Below are positions 8,865-19,115 of a DNA stretch of 59,527 nucleotides, in pieces (position 1 is the stretch's first letter; each line of letters begins with the position of its first letter). Location: the IMG/VR virus record IMGVR_UViG_3300025276_000036, positions 1 to 59,527 of that record; one strand, given 5' to 3'. The notes below the pieces were generated by a model. It saw nothing but the letters and a program-made list of their open reading frames with translations. It was not told the DNA's origin and did no database searches. The position numbers and the translations under genes are program-made. Source of the stretch: a virus. Taxonomy: Duplodnaviria > Caudoviricetes.

Positions 8865-9986
8865 ATGGCTTTAACTAATTTTGGTATGCTTACAGGCGAC
8901 CAACTTCAAGCATGGTCTCGCGACTTCTGGAAAGTAGCGCGTAACCAATCTTTCATCAATCAGTTCGCAGGATCTGGCTCAAACGCCATGGTTCAACGTG
9001 TTACTGAGTTAACTAAATCTCAAAAAGGCACCAAAGCTAACATCACTTTGCTAGCTGACATGACTGGCGACGGTATCACCGGAGACAGCACGTTAGAAGG
9101 TAATGAAGAAGCCTTGCGCGCATTTGATATGTCAATCGAAATCGACCAACTACGATTCGCTAACAGAATCGCAGGTCGAATGGCTGACCAGAAGACTGTT
9201 GTAAACTTCCGCGAACAATCTCGTGACACACTGGCATACGCCATTGCTGATCGATGCGACCAGTTAGCATTCTTGACGTTGTCAGGCGTTGACTACACGG
9301 TTAAGAACAACGGTAAGGCGAGAGATGTACTAGCTACTGGGCAAAACTTAGGTGATTTGGAATATGCCGGATCGGTAACAGCTCCTTCATCTGATCGTCA
9401 CATTCGATGGAATTCAGGCTCAAGCGCAATCGCCCAGGGCGATACTTCCGCAATCACAGCGGCTGACAAAATCGGATACAAAGCTATCGTCGAGTTGAAG
9501 GCTTACGCTAAAGATAACTACATCCGTGGCATTCGTGGTGCAGGTAACCAAGAAACTTTCCACATGTTTGTAACTCCACAGCAAATGGCAGCTCTGAAAC
9601 TCGATCCTGACTTCCTATCTAACGTCCGTAATGCCGGTGTACGCGGTAAGGACAACAGCTTGTTCTCAGGCTCTGCTTCCTTGATGGTTGACGGCGTAAT
9701 GATCCATGAGTTCCGCCACGTCTATAACACTTCTGGAGCCGACGCCGGTTCTAAGTGGGGAGCGGGAGCTGACATCAACGGGGCACGCGCATTGTTCTGT
9801 GGCGCTCAAGCTCTAGCACTTGCTGACATTGGTTTACCTGAAATGGTTGAAGATGAGTTCGACTACGGTAACCAAGCAGGTATCTCTATCGGTAAGATTT
9901 TCGGACTTCGAAAGCCTACGTTCTACAGCGACGTCAGCGGAAGTGTCCAGGACTTCGGCGTAATCTGCCTCGATACAGCGTACTAA
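8865..9986 (+). CDS. Major capsid protein (N4-gp56/DUF4043-like)
   Basis: GDGITGDSTLEGNEEAL and EDEFDYGNQAGISIGKIFG motifs; 373 aa; follows the scaffold gene; strong terminator downstream. Confidence 0.92.
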   Translation: MALTNFGMLTGDQLQAWSRDFWKVARNQSFINQFAGSGSNAMVQRVTELTKSQKGTKANITLLADMTGDGITGDSTLEGNEEALRAFDMSIEIDQLRFANRIAGRMADQKTVVNFREQSRDTLAYAIADRCDQLAFLTLSGVDYTVKNNGKARDVLATGQNLGDLEYAGSVTAPSSDRHIRWNSGSSAIAQGDTSAITAADKIGYKAIVELKAYAKDNYIRGIRGAGNQETFHMFVTPQQMAALKLDPDFLSNVRNAGVRGKDNSLFSGSASLMVDGVMIHEFRHVYNTSGADAGSKWGAGADINGARALFCGAQALALADIGLPEMVEDEFDYGNQAGISIGKIFGLRKPTFYSDVSGSVQDFGVICLDTAY

Positions 9987-9995
9987 GCTACTACC

Positions 9996-10027
9996 CCCCT
10001 CTTCTCTTCGGAGTTGAGGGGTTTTTT
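9996..10027 (+). terminator. Intrinsic terminator after the capsid gene
   Basis: CCCCTC-TT-CTC-TTCG-GAG-TT-GAGGGG stem with a cUUCGg loop, followed by T6. Confidence 0.9.
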
Positions 10028-10050
10028 ATACCCCCACATAGGAATGAAAC

Positions 10051-10440
10051 ATGCACATTATTAGCGAAATTGAGTTGAGAGTTGCCACAAAAACCGGCCA
10101 CATTGTTCGATTTTATGAAGGTCAGTCAAAGCACTGCTCCGATGAAATAGGCTTACTCGCTCTGCAACTAGGCGCTACACAATATACCGACAGCTACGTA
10201 CCCCCAGTGGTAGCAGTTGTTGAAGAGGTTGAAGAAGGTACACCACCATTCCTTGACTGTGGCACCGAAGGTCCTAGTGACCTAATACGTGAAGTAATGA
10301 TCCAGTTAATAAAAAAAGGATCACCTCAAGATTTTAAGAAAGACGGCACTCCAAAAGGGAATGTTGTAAACAAAATGACGGGCCGCATGACGACCTTAGA
10401 AGAACGAGACATCGCTTGGGAGCAAGCCCTAAACAGCTAA
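10051..10440 (+). CDS. Hypothetical virion-module protein (129 aa)
   Basis: AGGA RBS; position after the capsid gene. Confidence 0.7.
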   Translation: MHIISEIELRVATKTGHIVRFYEGQSKHCSDEIGLLALQLGATQYTDSYVPPVVAVVEEVEEGTPPFLDCGTEGPSDLIREVMIQLIKKGSPQDFKKDGTPKGNVVNKMTGRMTTLEERDIAWEQALNS

Positions 10441-10457
10441 TATAAGAGGCGAATCAA

Positions 10458-11165
10458 ATGGCTACAACAGTACAAAGTATCATCGATAGAGTCCAAACTA
10501 CTCTCCAAGACACTACGGGAATAAGATGGCCCGTTGAGAATGAGTTAGTGCTCTGGGTGAACGATGCACAGCGCGAAGTCGCTTTGTTGAAGCCTGATGC
10601 GTCCGCCCAAAACGAAACAGTGACTTTGGTAGCCGGAACAAAACAGTCTATCCCGAATTCGGGAAATAGATTACTACGAGTCGTGCGAAACATGAGCGCG
10701 GCAACCGGCGGAAACGGTCTGCGCGCTATCCGTATCGTGGACCGTGAAGTGCTAGATTCAATGTCTCCAGATTGGCACGACCCGTCTGTTACATATGATG
10801 CGGCACACGGTACTTCTGTTAAGCACTACATTTACGATGACCAGAATCCCCGAAACTTTTATGTCTACCCTGGCATTGTTGGCAGTAACGCGCACGTCGA
10901 GATTATTTACTCTGCGAACCCCACAGGTGTTACTAAAACAGACGTAATCTCTATTCCTGACATTTACGCAAACTGCTTAATGAACTACGTCCTTTACATG
11001 TGCTACATGAAAGACAGCGAACACGCAGGTTCTCAACAGCGAGCACAGTCACACTTTAACCTCTTCCAGACCTCTGTCACGGGCAAAGGAGCGGTCGACA
11101 CTATTACTACGCCAAACGGCAAGATGGAACGTGGCGCAGACGCGCAATATCCAGGGCCTCGATAA
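10458..11165 (+). CDS. Head-tail adaptor protein (DUF6682-like)
   Basis: LQD...RW...EL..W.NDAQRE...LKPDA; F.VYP; YMCYMKDSE; position after the capsid gene. Confidence 0.75.
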   Translation: MATTVQSIIDRVQTTLQDTTGIRWPVENELVLWVNDAQREVALLKPDASAQNETVTLVAGTKQSIPNSGNRLLRVVRNMSAATGGNGLRAIRIVDREVLDSMSPDWHDPSVTYDAAHGTSVKHYIYDDQNPRNFYVYPGIVGSNAHVEIIYSANPTGVTKTDVISIPDIYANCLMNYVLYMCYMKDSEHAGSQQRAQSHFNLFQTSVTGKGAVDTITTPNGKMERGADAQYPGPR

Positions 11166-11200
11166 ACGCCAGTAGATAGTAATTTAGCGGAGAAGTTTTA

Positions 11201-14200
11201 ATGGCTATTAATGATATTACCCTTATAGACGGCGTGTTTTCGGATCTCCCTACTACGGGGTCTGAAAAGACTATCGGTTGGGGCGCAAGCATCGCTGTAG
11301 CCCGTGGCGGAGACATGATTACCTCATGGGAGGGTATTCACCCAGGCACCACTGGCAAGCTCATTACTAAGACTCACAGTCCCGGCTCCGGCGGGTTTTA
11401 TGCTGATAACGGCGAAATCGACACTACGGGTTGGTTAGCAGTAAATACCGATAAGTATGTTGTAAAGCACGACGAGGCAGGCACCCGTCTTTTTGTACTA
11501 ATACAGCCTATGGAAATAGCCGCTTTCTACCCAGGGGTAGGCGTTTGGCCTACACATAATGAGGAGACCGCCAATAGCACCGCGCAGGGTCGGATACGAG
11601 AGTACTCTCGAAACGCTAACGATGACGGTTGGGATTATGTAGGCAACTTCAACGCGATTTTAGGCGCCGGCGCTGTCATTCTTAATGATATAGATGTGAG
11701 CAACGACGGCAACGTTCTCGCAGTGGCCAATCTCAATTATTACATTAATAGCAGCCCGTTGAAAGTCTGCGAGGTAAAACTCATAGTACTTGAGCGTGCC
11801 TCATCTTCGGCACCGTGGACTACGACATTGACCGCCTCTCAGGGTAGGGGAACAGACGTAAACCTTGTGGACACGCACCACGCATCGAATGTCGCGATGT
11901 CGGGCGACGGCAATACTTTTTACATGACGCTTCCAAGGGTGAGCGTTTACGAAGCAGGCCAGTTTGATCTTTCTGATATGCCACCCGATCCGTTCGAAGG
12001 CTTCTCTACCGGAACTGCGGAAGTTTGGGCACGTCCTTCACGCGCAGGCACTATTACTCTACAACCAATCCAAGACCTTAACGGTGGCAATTCGCGCCAC
12101 TACCTCGGAACTATTGCCACGAACTATACGGGCGATCAAGCCCTAGTGGGAACTCAGCACCCCAGTTTTGTAAACGCGGGCGACTACTACCAAGCCCTGC
12201 CCGCTGACCCTCTTTTTTGGGAGCATAACTCGACCAACGCGTTATCCCAAATAAGGTTTAACGACGATTATTTTCCCTTACTCGAAGGCGAGGACATTAC
12301 GGACGCCACAGACGGTGTAACCTACCCTGGCAAACAGGCGTACAGTCAGCTATCCAATAAACTGGGCAGAAGCGGCGCTAATAATGGTCAAGCCGTAGCG
12401 ATGTCGGACGACGGCAAAATTATGGCGCTGTACCAGTCCGACTCCGACGGAAGCGTACTTAATCAGAGAGCTAGGTCATTAATTAACATCTTCGAATGGA
12501 CTAGTGCGCAGACGATGGACTATCTCGGTAACTACGTCATCAGCGATGTAAACGGTCTACCGAACGCCTCTAACTGCAACCCTACTAATTATAATCCTTC
12601 TGGTAGTGGCTATGTAAACTACGAAGACAATGGACTTGTGACGAGTAACGTAGCCTCGGTCATTATTTCGAAAAAACCTACGGAAAATATTTATCGTATC
12701 GCGGTTGGTGAGAGCAACAACCCGTATGGAGCCACTCTTAACACGCAACATCTTTGGGATAACGCGAAAATTACCGTGTTGGAATTAGATAAAGTCTCGG
12801 CGGCGGATACCCTACCTCCAGATATCACGCTTTTAGGCTATACCCCCATAACAACCTATCAAGGGTTTCCTTACACCGATGCCGGTGTAACAGCGTCCGA
12901 TGTCCAAGACGGCGACCTATCGGGTAGTGTAATCACAGTAGACCCTGTCGACCTAAGCACTGCGGGTAGCTACACAATTACTTATAACGTGAGTGATGCG
13001 GCAGGTAACGCGGCTACTGAGGTTACTAGAACTGTTAATGTTGTAACCGCACCCGCCCCAGTTATAACGGTTGCCGGTGTTAACCCAATGTCACTGTCTG
13101 TTGGCATATATGACAGTGCGTATGAATATCAAAAAGGCCGAGTTACTGCGACTGACGCGCTAGGCACTAGTCTCAACGACGACATCGTCACGAATGATCC
13201 TGTCGACATAACCACCATTGGTAGCTACACAATCACCTACAGCGTGATTGATGCGGCAGGTAATACGGGTGAGGCTACTAGAACGGTAAATGTCTACGAT
13301 GTTGACTCCGACGGCGACGGCATTCTGGACGAGGACGATGACTTTAGAAACCGATTCCTAGTTGAAAGCTCCTCCGATACCGATTATTTTGCTCAACAAG
13401 CAAATGGGTTGGTTGGCGCGGCTAAACTGGACAATGGCAACTATGTAGTTACGAACGGTGTTACTTCGCAGGGTAGAATAAACGTTCGCGTATATTCACC
13501 TGAAAATGAGTTGCTTAGCCAAACTGCGGCTAATGAGATCGGGCCACAACAAGGTGTTTGGGAGTGGCAAGGCCCAACCATCGACAGCATTATTGCTCCT
13601 ACGGTATCGCGCGTAAGTTATGACGGCTTGACAATGGTTACGGCAGATAATGATGTCCCGCGTGGTTACGATGGCATAAGTGATGATACTCCGCGCGATA
13701 TTATTAAAGTTAGGGTTTACACACGAGTAAGCAAAACTGATTTATGGGTAGCACAGCCTAATTCTTATTATCCGAACGGGCTTGGCTATATTGAGAAACG
13801 TCCGCCCCAAGGCTTCGACAGTAACTCAGGCGTTCGTGACCCAAGACAAGGTGTTACTGACGCGTTTATATCTGATGACGGCCTCACCTTCGGCCTCTAT
13901 GAAGACAACGTGGCGACGTCCGGAAAAGGAAGCACGGGTCCGTTAGCACCTCTCGCAGAAGTTTACGAATTTAATGGCGCAACGTGGTCCCAGAAAGGCC
14001 CTGCTTTAACCTTGGCAGTTGGCAGCGATTCAATAGGTGACAAACGATACAACGCTAGAAGGATGTCAGCCTCTGCGGATGCATTGCGCATAGTTACCTA
14101 TAACGCGTATACGCTTGGGAATGGTGCGGATATTGCGATACAAGTACATAACTGGGATAGCGTATCGAACGCCTATGTCAGCATTCTAAGCGACTTATTC

Positions 14201-15919
14201 CCAGTCGCATCAGCAGTGGAACCGACAGGCGTCGCATTGTCAGCAGACGGGCTAACTATTGTTATAGCCAATAGTTCTGCATATGACATAAACGGTAATT
14301 CAGCCGGTGCGGCGTGGGTCTATCGATACGATGGCGCTGCTTGGAACCTACTTGGCACACCCCAAAGTGATTACGACAATCGCGGGTACAGCGTCGTTGG
14401 TGACGTGAGCCTGTCTGCGAATGACATGCGGATGGGGTACAGCGTAGCCATCAGCGGTGACGGTAACCGGATCGTGTTAGGCGCTACCTATTTTGACGCT
14501 CCCGGAACTAGCGACGTTAATGCCGGCTCTTTTATTGCTTATGACTGGGACGGGGCGCAGTGGGTAGTGACCCCCATTTACAATTTAGCGAATATAACCT
14601 CGGAACAGGTTAACGGATCAAGCGTAGCAGTTAGTCGTGACGGTACTCATGTAGCAGTTACACAACAAAACTACAATGGCGAACTCTTTCTATTCTATTG
14701 GGATGGAAGCCAATGGGTGCACGACGAGAGTATTAGCCCTATTATTGCGCCAGGATACCAACACGGCTACTCAACTTATGGTGCGTTCTTTAACTTTGAC
14801 TTTTCTGGCGATGGCAATACGTTTGTTTATTCCCATGAAAATGAAGCCGGTGATGCTACAGATACGGTTTTGCGCGGTCGCGTCGAGGTCTTCGACTTTG
14901 ACCCGCTAGGCGTCACCTATGCACCGGCATCTTATAGTTGGAAACAAGGCGACATCGGCGTTAGACCTAAAAACATTATTACTGAGCTAACAGGCGCCGG
15001 TTTTGCGTGCATATCAACCGCAGGTTTTACGTCTAATGTTACGTCTAACCCAGCACAGGAATCTATAGACGAAGGCCCGCAGGTATCTACGTTCGATGAC
15101 ACCGGCAACAATACTGGGTATTTAAGATTAAGTGACGGCAACCCATTGTTCTCGGGCGTTACAGTAGTACCGAACAGATTTGGGCGCGATTACGCAATAG
15201 TCAAACTTTCAGATGGCGGGTTTGCGGTCGTGCTAAATGCGATTGCTGTGTCTGCGCGCACGAACCACGAAGGTCTTAACGAAGAGGTGTATTGGTGGGT
15301 TAGGCGCTTTGATAGCGTAAGTACTCCAGTAGGCGATTGGCATAAGATATGTCCGATGTCCTCACCCGAGCCTACAGCTACAGATAATATCGTGGGCTAC
15401 CTACCCTCTGAACAGAATAACGGCATACTCATCTACCCAGTGAGAAATGGGCAGCCAACTGGCATCGATATAGCGATCGACGTAAATGACGCCGACGAAA
15501 TAGCGATGGTCTGGAACTGCGGCGGTGAAAATTCATCTATTGGATGCGACCACAAGGTTTGGTCAACGATTATCAGCGTTGATGTAGCCGCTAATACTAT
15601 CTCAAATTCAACACCTATAGAAATAGCCCCTGACGATGACTCTTACGGCCACCAATGTTTTGACATCGCATGGCTAAAAGACAACGCCACTTATGTGATT
15701 TCTTGGCGCAACCCTAGTAGTTGGTATAACACACCCGCCGCACCTCGCTTTCAAGCCTATGAGAGTACTGTTTTTGTGATGGTCAATGGCGGCAATGTGA
15801 GCGAGATGAAATCAGCAATGACAGCGGCAACGCATACGACAGCGCAAGAAACGTCGATCGTTGCACTAGATGACGGTGGTTTTATTATTCTTATAAACGA
15901 CGCAGATTACGTGGATTAA
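11201..15919 (+). CDS. Large virion surface/adhesin-like protein (beta-propeller repeats plus 2 DUF5011-type Ig-like domains)
   Basis: Repeated (S)VA(M/L/I)SxDGxx blades; two ITLxG...G.TA.D...G.Y.ITY.V.D.AGN....TRTV.V domains; DSDGDGILD Ca-binding motif. Confidence 0.8.
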   Translation: MAINDITLIDGVFSDLPTTGSEKTIGWGASIAVARGGDMITSWEGIHPGTTGKLITKTHSPGSGGFYADNGEIDTTGWLAVNTDKYVVKHDEAGTRLFVLIQPMEIAAFYPGVGVWPTHNEETANSTAQGRIREYSRNANDDGWDYVGNFNAILGAGAVILNDIDVSNDGNVLAVANLNYYINSSPLKVCEVKLIVLERASSSAPWTTTLTASQGRGTDVNLVDTHHASNVAMSGDGNTFYMTLPRVSVYEAGQFDLSDMPPDPFEGFSTGTAEVWARPSRAGTITLQPIQDLNGGNSRHYLGTIATNYTGDQALVGTQHPSFVNAGDYYQALPADPLFWEHNSTNALSQIRFNDDYFPLLEGEDITDATDGVTYPGKQAYSQLSNKLGRSGANNGQAVAMSDDGKIMALYQSDSDGSVLNQRARSLINIFEWTSAQTMDYLGNYVISDVNGLPNASNCNPTNYNPSGSGYVNYEDNGLVTSNVASVIISKKPTENIYRIAVGESNNPYGATLNTQHLWDNAKITVLELDKVSAADTLPPDITLLGYTPITTYQGFPYTDAGVTASDVQDGDLSGSVITVDPVDLSTAGSYTITYNVSDAAGNAATEVTRTVNVVTAPAPVITVAGVNPMSLSVGIYDSAYEYQKGRVTATDALGTSLNDDIVTNDPVDITTIGSYTITYSVIDAAGNTGEATRTVNVYDVDSDGDGILDEDDDFRNRFLVESSSDTDYFAQQANGLVGAAKLDNGNYVVTNGVTSQGRINVRVYSPENELLSQTAANEIGPQQGVWEWQGPTIDSIIAPTVSRVSYDGLTMVTADNDVPRGYDGISDDTPRDIIKVRVYTRVSKTDLWVAQPNSYYPNGLGYIEKRPPQGFDSNSGVRDPRQGVTDAFISDDGLTFGLYEDNVATSGKGSTGPLAPLAEVYEFNGATWSQKGPALTLAVGSDSIGDKRYNARRMSASADALRIVTYNAYTLGNGADIAIQVHNWDSVSNAYVSILSDLFPVASAVEPTGVALSADGLTIVIANSSAYDINGNSAGAAWVYRYDGAAWNLLGTPQSDYDNRGYSVVGDVSLSANDMRMGYSVAISGDGNRIVLGATYFDAPGTSDVNAGSFIAYDWDGAQWVVTPIYNLANITSEQVNGSSVAVSRDGTHVAVTQQNYNGELFLFYWDGSQWVHDESISPIIAPGYQHGYSTYGAFFNFDFSGDGNTFVYSHENEAGDATDTVLRGRVEVFDFDPLGVTYAPASYSWKQGDIGVRPKNIITELTGAGFACISTAGFTSNVTSNPAQESIDEGPQVSTFDDTGNNTGYLRLSDGNPLFSGVTVVPNRFGRDYAIVKLSDGGFAVVLNAIAVSARTNHEGLNEEVYWWVRRFDSVSTPVGDWHKICPMSSPEPTATDNIVGYLPSEQNNGILIYPVRNGQPTGIDIAIDVNDADEIAMVWNCGGENSSIGCDHKVWSTIISVDVAANTISNSTPIEIAPDDDSYGHQCFDIAWLKDNATYVISWRNPSSWYNTPAAPRFQAYESTVFVMVNGGNVSEMKSAMTAATHTTAQETSIVALDDGGFIILINDADYVD

Positions 15920-15922
15920 AAA

Positions 15923-17524
15923 ATGGCTGACATACTAACAGGTCAACGATTCAATGCGCAGGGTGTAAGAGTAGGCCCCTCTTTTATTGTTGATTCCCCA
16001 TCATCTGAGTTGCAAGAAACATATACGGAAATTGTCAGCCACCAAGCGGTTTTGCTCGACGACGGTTCTTTGCGAGTCGTGTTTGCAACCAAACCTTCAT
16101 ACCAAGAGAAAGCAGTATGGATCGATACGATAGAACTTGCGTCTGGTGGCGCACCTGTTGAAGATCCAATTTACACCCTTACTGTGCTTGGATCTTCACC
16201 AGTTACGCACGAGATTAATACCTTCTACATTGACGCAGGTGCTACTGCGGTAGACCAGTTTGGCACTCCCATAAGCGTGCGAACAGATAACCTGCCTAAC
16301 ATCACTGCTGTCGGAGCTTACGGCGTTTTATACAGCGTTGGCGATGGCGCTAATGAGGTTACGGACACTCGTACAGTAAACGTCGTAAACAGTTTTGTGC
16401 CAAGTTTGGACATGACACTTATAGGCGCAACAACTGTTACAACTGAAATTAACACGGCTTATTCAGATGCAGGGGCTACAGCAGTCGACCAAGACGGTAA
16501 CGCTGTAGCGGTTGTTACAACTGACTTACCCGACATTACACAAGTTGGGTCTTACACTGTGACTTACACAGCGACCACTCCATTTTTAACTGACACGCTT
16601 ACTCGTACAGTAAACGTCGCGAATACTTCAGTACCGACGATAGAGTTGGTAGGCATGCCCGCCATTACCTTAGAACAAAACGAGCCTTACCCAGAGTCTG
16701 GTGCCGCAGCAACAGATACGGTTGATGGTGTAATAACGGATACAGTGGTTATTATCGGCGCTGTAGATGTAAGTACTCCCGGTACATACCCGATCGAATA
16801 TCAGACTACTAACACCGCCGGAAACACCGCCTCAGTCCAAAGAAGCGTTACTGTTCTTGCCGATAATACTTCGTCATGGGACGGGTGTGTCGTCGACTTA
16901 ATACCCTTTGTTCCTGGATGCCCCGACGGTCTTATTCTTAATGAGGTTCGAAGCGCGGCTATTGAGCTTTGTAAACTGACAGATGTTTACCAAGAAACGC
17001 TTGCCCCTATACAGATGGTAGAAGGACAAAGTACCTACTTGTTAGACCTCCCAATAGGCACTGTGCTAGAAAAAATACTTACAGTAACGTCAGGTGGCCG
17101 CGAGCTTGAACCTACTAGTTTTAGCCTTGTAGCGAGCCGCATGCCTAATCGCGGACTTTCGCAACCGACTCACTATTTAAAAGATGACGGCAATAGAATA
17201 TCGCTATTCCCCTCCCCTGATGATTCCAGTGAATTCACTATTCGTGCAGTGCTACGACCTGCGACCACCTCTAACGGGATTAAATCAACAGTATTAGATG
17301 ACTATAAAGAAGCTATTTTATATGGCGCTTTGTACCGTTTGCTAAGACATCCTGCTAAAGAATGGGGCGATCCAAACGCCGCACGCGAGTACAGCGCTTT
17401 GTTCTCTGTCGCAATAGCTGACGCGACACTTAAATCACGACAGGCGGACACAGGCATCGTACGAAAGACTGGATACGGAGGCGTTGCCACTAAGACTGCG
17501 AGGCGCAAATATGGGAGACGGTAA
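15923..17524 (+). CDS. Adaptor/tail-tube-like protein with three N-terminal Ig-like domains
   Basis: Three Ig-like repeats, then LIPFVPGCPD...RSAAIELC...AILYGALYRLL.HP.KEW adaptor-like domain. Confidence 0.75.
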   Translation: MADILTGQRFNAQGVRVGPSFIVDSPSSELQETYTEIVSHQAVLLDDGSLRVVFATKPSYQEKAVWIDTIELASGGAPVEDPIYTLTVLGSSPVTHEINTFYIDAGATAVDQFGTPISVRTDNLPNITAVGAYGVLYSVGDGANEVTDTRTVNVVNSFVPSLDMTLIGATTVTTEINTAYSDAGATAVDQDGNAVAVVTTDLPDITQVGSYTVTYTATTPFLTDTLTRTVNVANTSVPTIELVGMPAITLEQNEPYPESGAAATDTVDGVITDTVVIIGAVDVSTPGTYPIEYQTTNTAGNTASVQRSVTVLADNTSSWDGCVVDLIPFVPGCPDGLILNEVRSAAIELCKLTDVYQETLAPIQMVEGQSTYLLDLPIGTVLEKILTVTSGGRELEPTSFSLVASRMPNRGLSQPTHYLKDDGNRISLFPSPDDSSEFTIRAVLRPATTSNGIKSTVLDDYKEAILYGALYRLLRHPAKEWGDPNAAREYSALFSVAIADATLKSRQADTGIVRKTGYGGVATKTARRKYGRR

Positions 17525-17927
17525 CCCTATCTGCGTTGACATACGCGAACAATGGGACTGGGTTCGTGAAGGCGTAGAAGAGATTCTGGCCGAACAACCG
17601 CAGTTAACGTACCGAGCCGAAGACGTCTACGCCGCTTGTGTTAACCAAAAAGCATTGTTGTGGGTCACAGAACAATTCGATGGGTTCGTGGTAGCTACCC
17701 CAGAGACTGACAGCCACACAGGCGACAGAACCTTCCTAGTGTGGATAGCGTGGACCAAGGTACGTGGACAGAATTGCGTGATTAAACACTACGACTTCTT
17801 TGCCGATATCGCCAGAGAGAACGGACATAAGCACATAGAAGTACGAACCCCGATTACTGCGATGGAGCCATACCTCCTATCACAGGGTTGGTCTAAAGAA
17901 ACTGTAATTTACACGAGGTCGTTGTAA
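17511..17927 (+). CDS. GNAT-fold-like tail assembly protein
   Basis: LLWV...GFVV...LVWIAW...GHKHIEVRT pattern; typical position before podoviral internal virion proteins. Confidence 0.55.
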   Translation: MGDGNPICVDIREQWDWVREGVEEILAEQPQLTYRAEDVYAACVNQKALLWVTEQFDGFVVATPETDSHTGDRTFLVWIAWTKVRGQNCVIKHYDFFADIARENGHKHIEVRTPITAMEPYLLSQGWSKETVIYTRSL

Positions 17928-18526
17928 TGGGTAGTGGGCCAAAACAATCCGAGTTTCAAGAATCGGAAGCAAACATTCAACAGACAAGAGTGGCGAAAGC
18001 AGACTGGGACAAGTTTCAGAACCTGTATAACCCTGCCCTTCTTGATCTAAAAAAACAGGCGGAGTCCGATGACACTGCAACCATGCTACGTGGTCGAGGC
18101 AACGCGAACGCTATGCAGGCGCTAACAAAGAACCTTAGTTACTCCGATGTGACGAACGAAGACGCCGCAGGCATGGGCGCAAATGCGCTCGGAAGTACGC
18201 TTGGTGACGCTACTGCAAAAGGCTTGAAGGCGCGAAACGATCTATCAGCCGGAGTACTTGCAACGCGTAACAAGCAGGCCGGTGTAGGGAATCAAGGTCT
18301 GTCAGCATTAGCCAGTATGGAGACTAACAACACGCTTAAAGACGCTGAGAATAACAGGCTAGTAAAGGGCGCTAGAACGCAGGCAATGCTTAAAATAGGT
18401 ACGTCCGCCGTAATGAAAGCAGGTTCAGCAGGACTGTTTGGTGCCGGTGGAGACGCCGACGGCAAAGACGGCTTCTTTACAAAGATGGCAACTAGCTTGA
18501 ATTCACAAGGGGGAAGTAATGGTTAG
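17927..18526 (+). CDS. Internal virion (ejection) protein
   Basis: MGSGPK start; A/G/N/Q-rich helical sequence; coupled gene series. Confidence 0.65.
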   Translation: MGSGPKQSEFQESEANIQQTRVAKADWDKFQNLYNPALLDLKKQAESDDTATMLRGRGNANAMQALTKNLSYSDVTNEDAAGMGANALGSTLGDATAKGLKARNDLSAGVLATRNKQAGVGNQGLSALASMETNNTLKDAENNRLVKGARTQAMLKIGTSAVMKAGSAGLFGAGGDADGKDGFFTKMATSLNSQGGSNG

Positions 18527-19103
18527 AAACCAAATGGGTATAGATCGTGGAGGGCAGAGACTGGGCACCGCCGGCAGTTATTCAAGCACGAACTCCCGTG
18601 ACCCAGACGCCCTACTCGCGCAAATGACGCGGGAGGATTATTCGTCGTACCAAAAAGACTATGGCCAGTTTGAAAGAGACTTAGTTGAGCGCGCACGAAC
18701 TGATACATCCCTCATAGATCAGGCGCGAGTTGACTCTAAAGAGTCTAGCGCACTCATGTCCGGTGTAGCTGAAAGAAACAGAGAGCGTTATGGCAGCTCC
18801 CTAACTGGCGCTCAGAAGCAACAACAAGACAGAGGGCTAGAGCTATCCTCCACCCTTGGTTCTGCGCAAGCAGTTAACAGCGCGCGACTCGTGCAGAAAG
18901 ATACGAATACAGCGCTTCTTGGCGGTGTGATAGATGTGGGCCAAGGCGTATACCAACGTTCCATGCAAGGGCTAAGTAACTCGGCACAGAATAAGAACCA
19001 GTTAGACAACGCCTATAAATCTGCAAAAGCACAGCATAAGGCACAAACCTATTCATCGCTCGGATCGCTTGGTGCGGCGGCGATCATGGCAATGACATTT
19101 TAA
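18519..19103 (+). CDS. Internal virion (ejection) protein
   Basis: S/G/Q-rich with a C-terminal hydrophobic GSLGAAAIMA tail. Confidence 0.65.
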   Translation: MVRNQMGIDRGGQRLGTAGSYSSTNSRDPDALLAQMTREDYSSYQKDYGQFERDLVERARTDTSLIDQARVDSKESSALMSGVAERNRERYGSSLTGAQKQQQDRGLELSSTLGSAQAVNSARLVQKDTNTALLGGVIDVGQGVYQRSMQGLSNSAQNKNQLDNAYKSAKAQHKAQTYSSLGSLGAAAIMAMTF

Positions 19104-19115
19104 GGAGCAACACTG

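Noticed and set aside
15917-15919. Genome-wide stop-codon reassignment
   Set aside because: TAA, TAG and TGA all terminate well-defined genes elsewhere, core genes are uninterrupted, and no suppressor tRNA was seen
12960-16620. Diversity-generating retroelement or shufflon acting on tail genes
   Set aside because: Nucleotide repeats correspond to duplicated Ig-like domains; no reverse transcriptase, adenine-specific TR/VR pair or inverted cassette sites were seen
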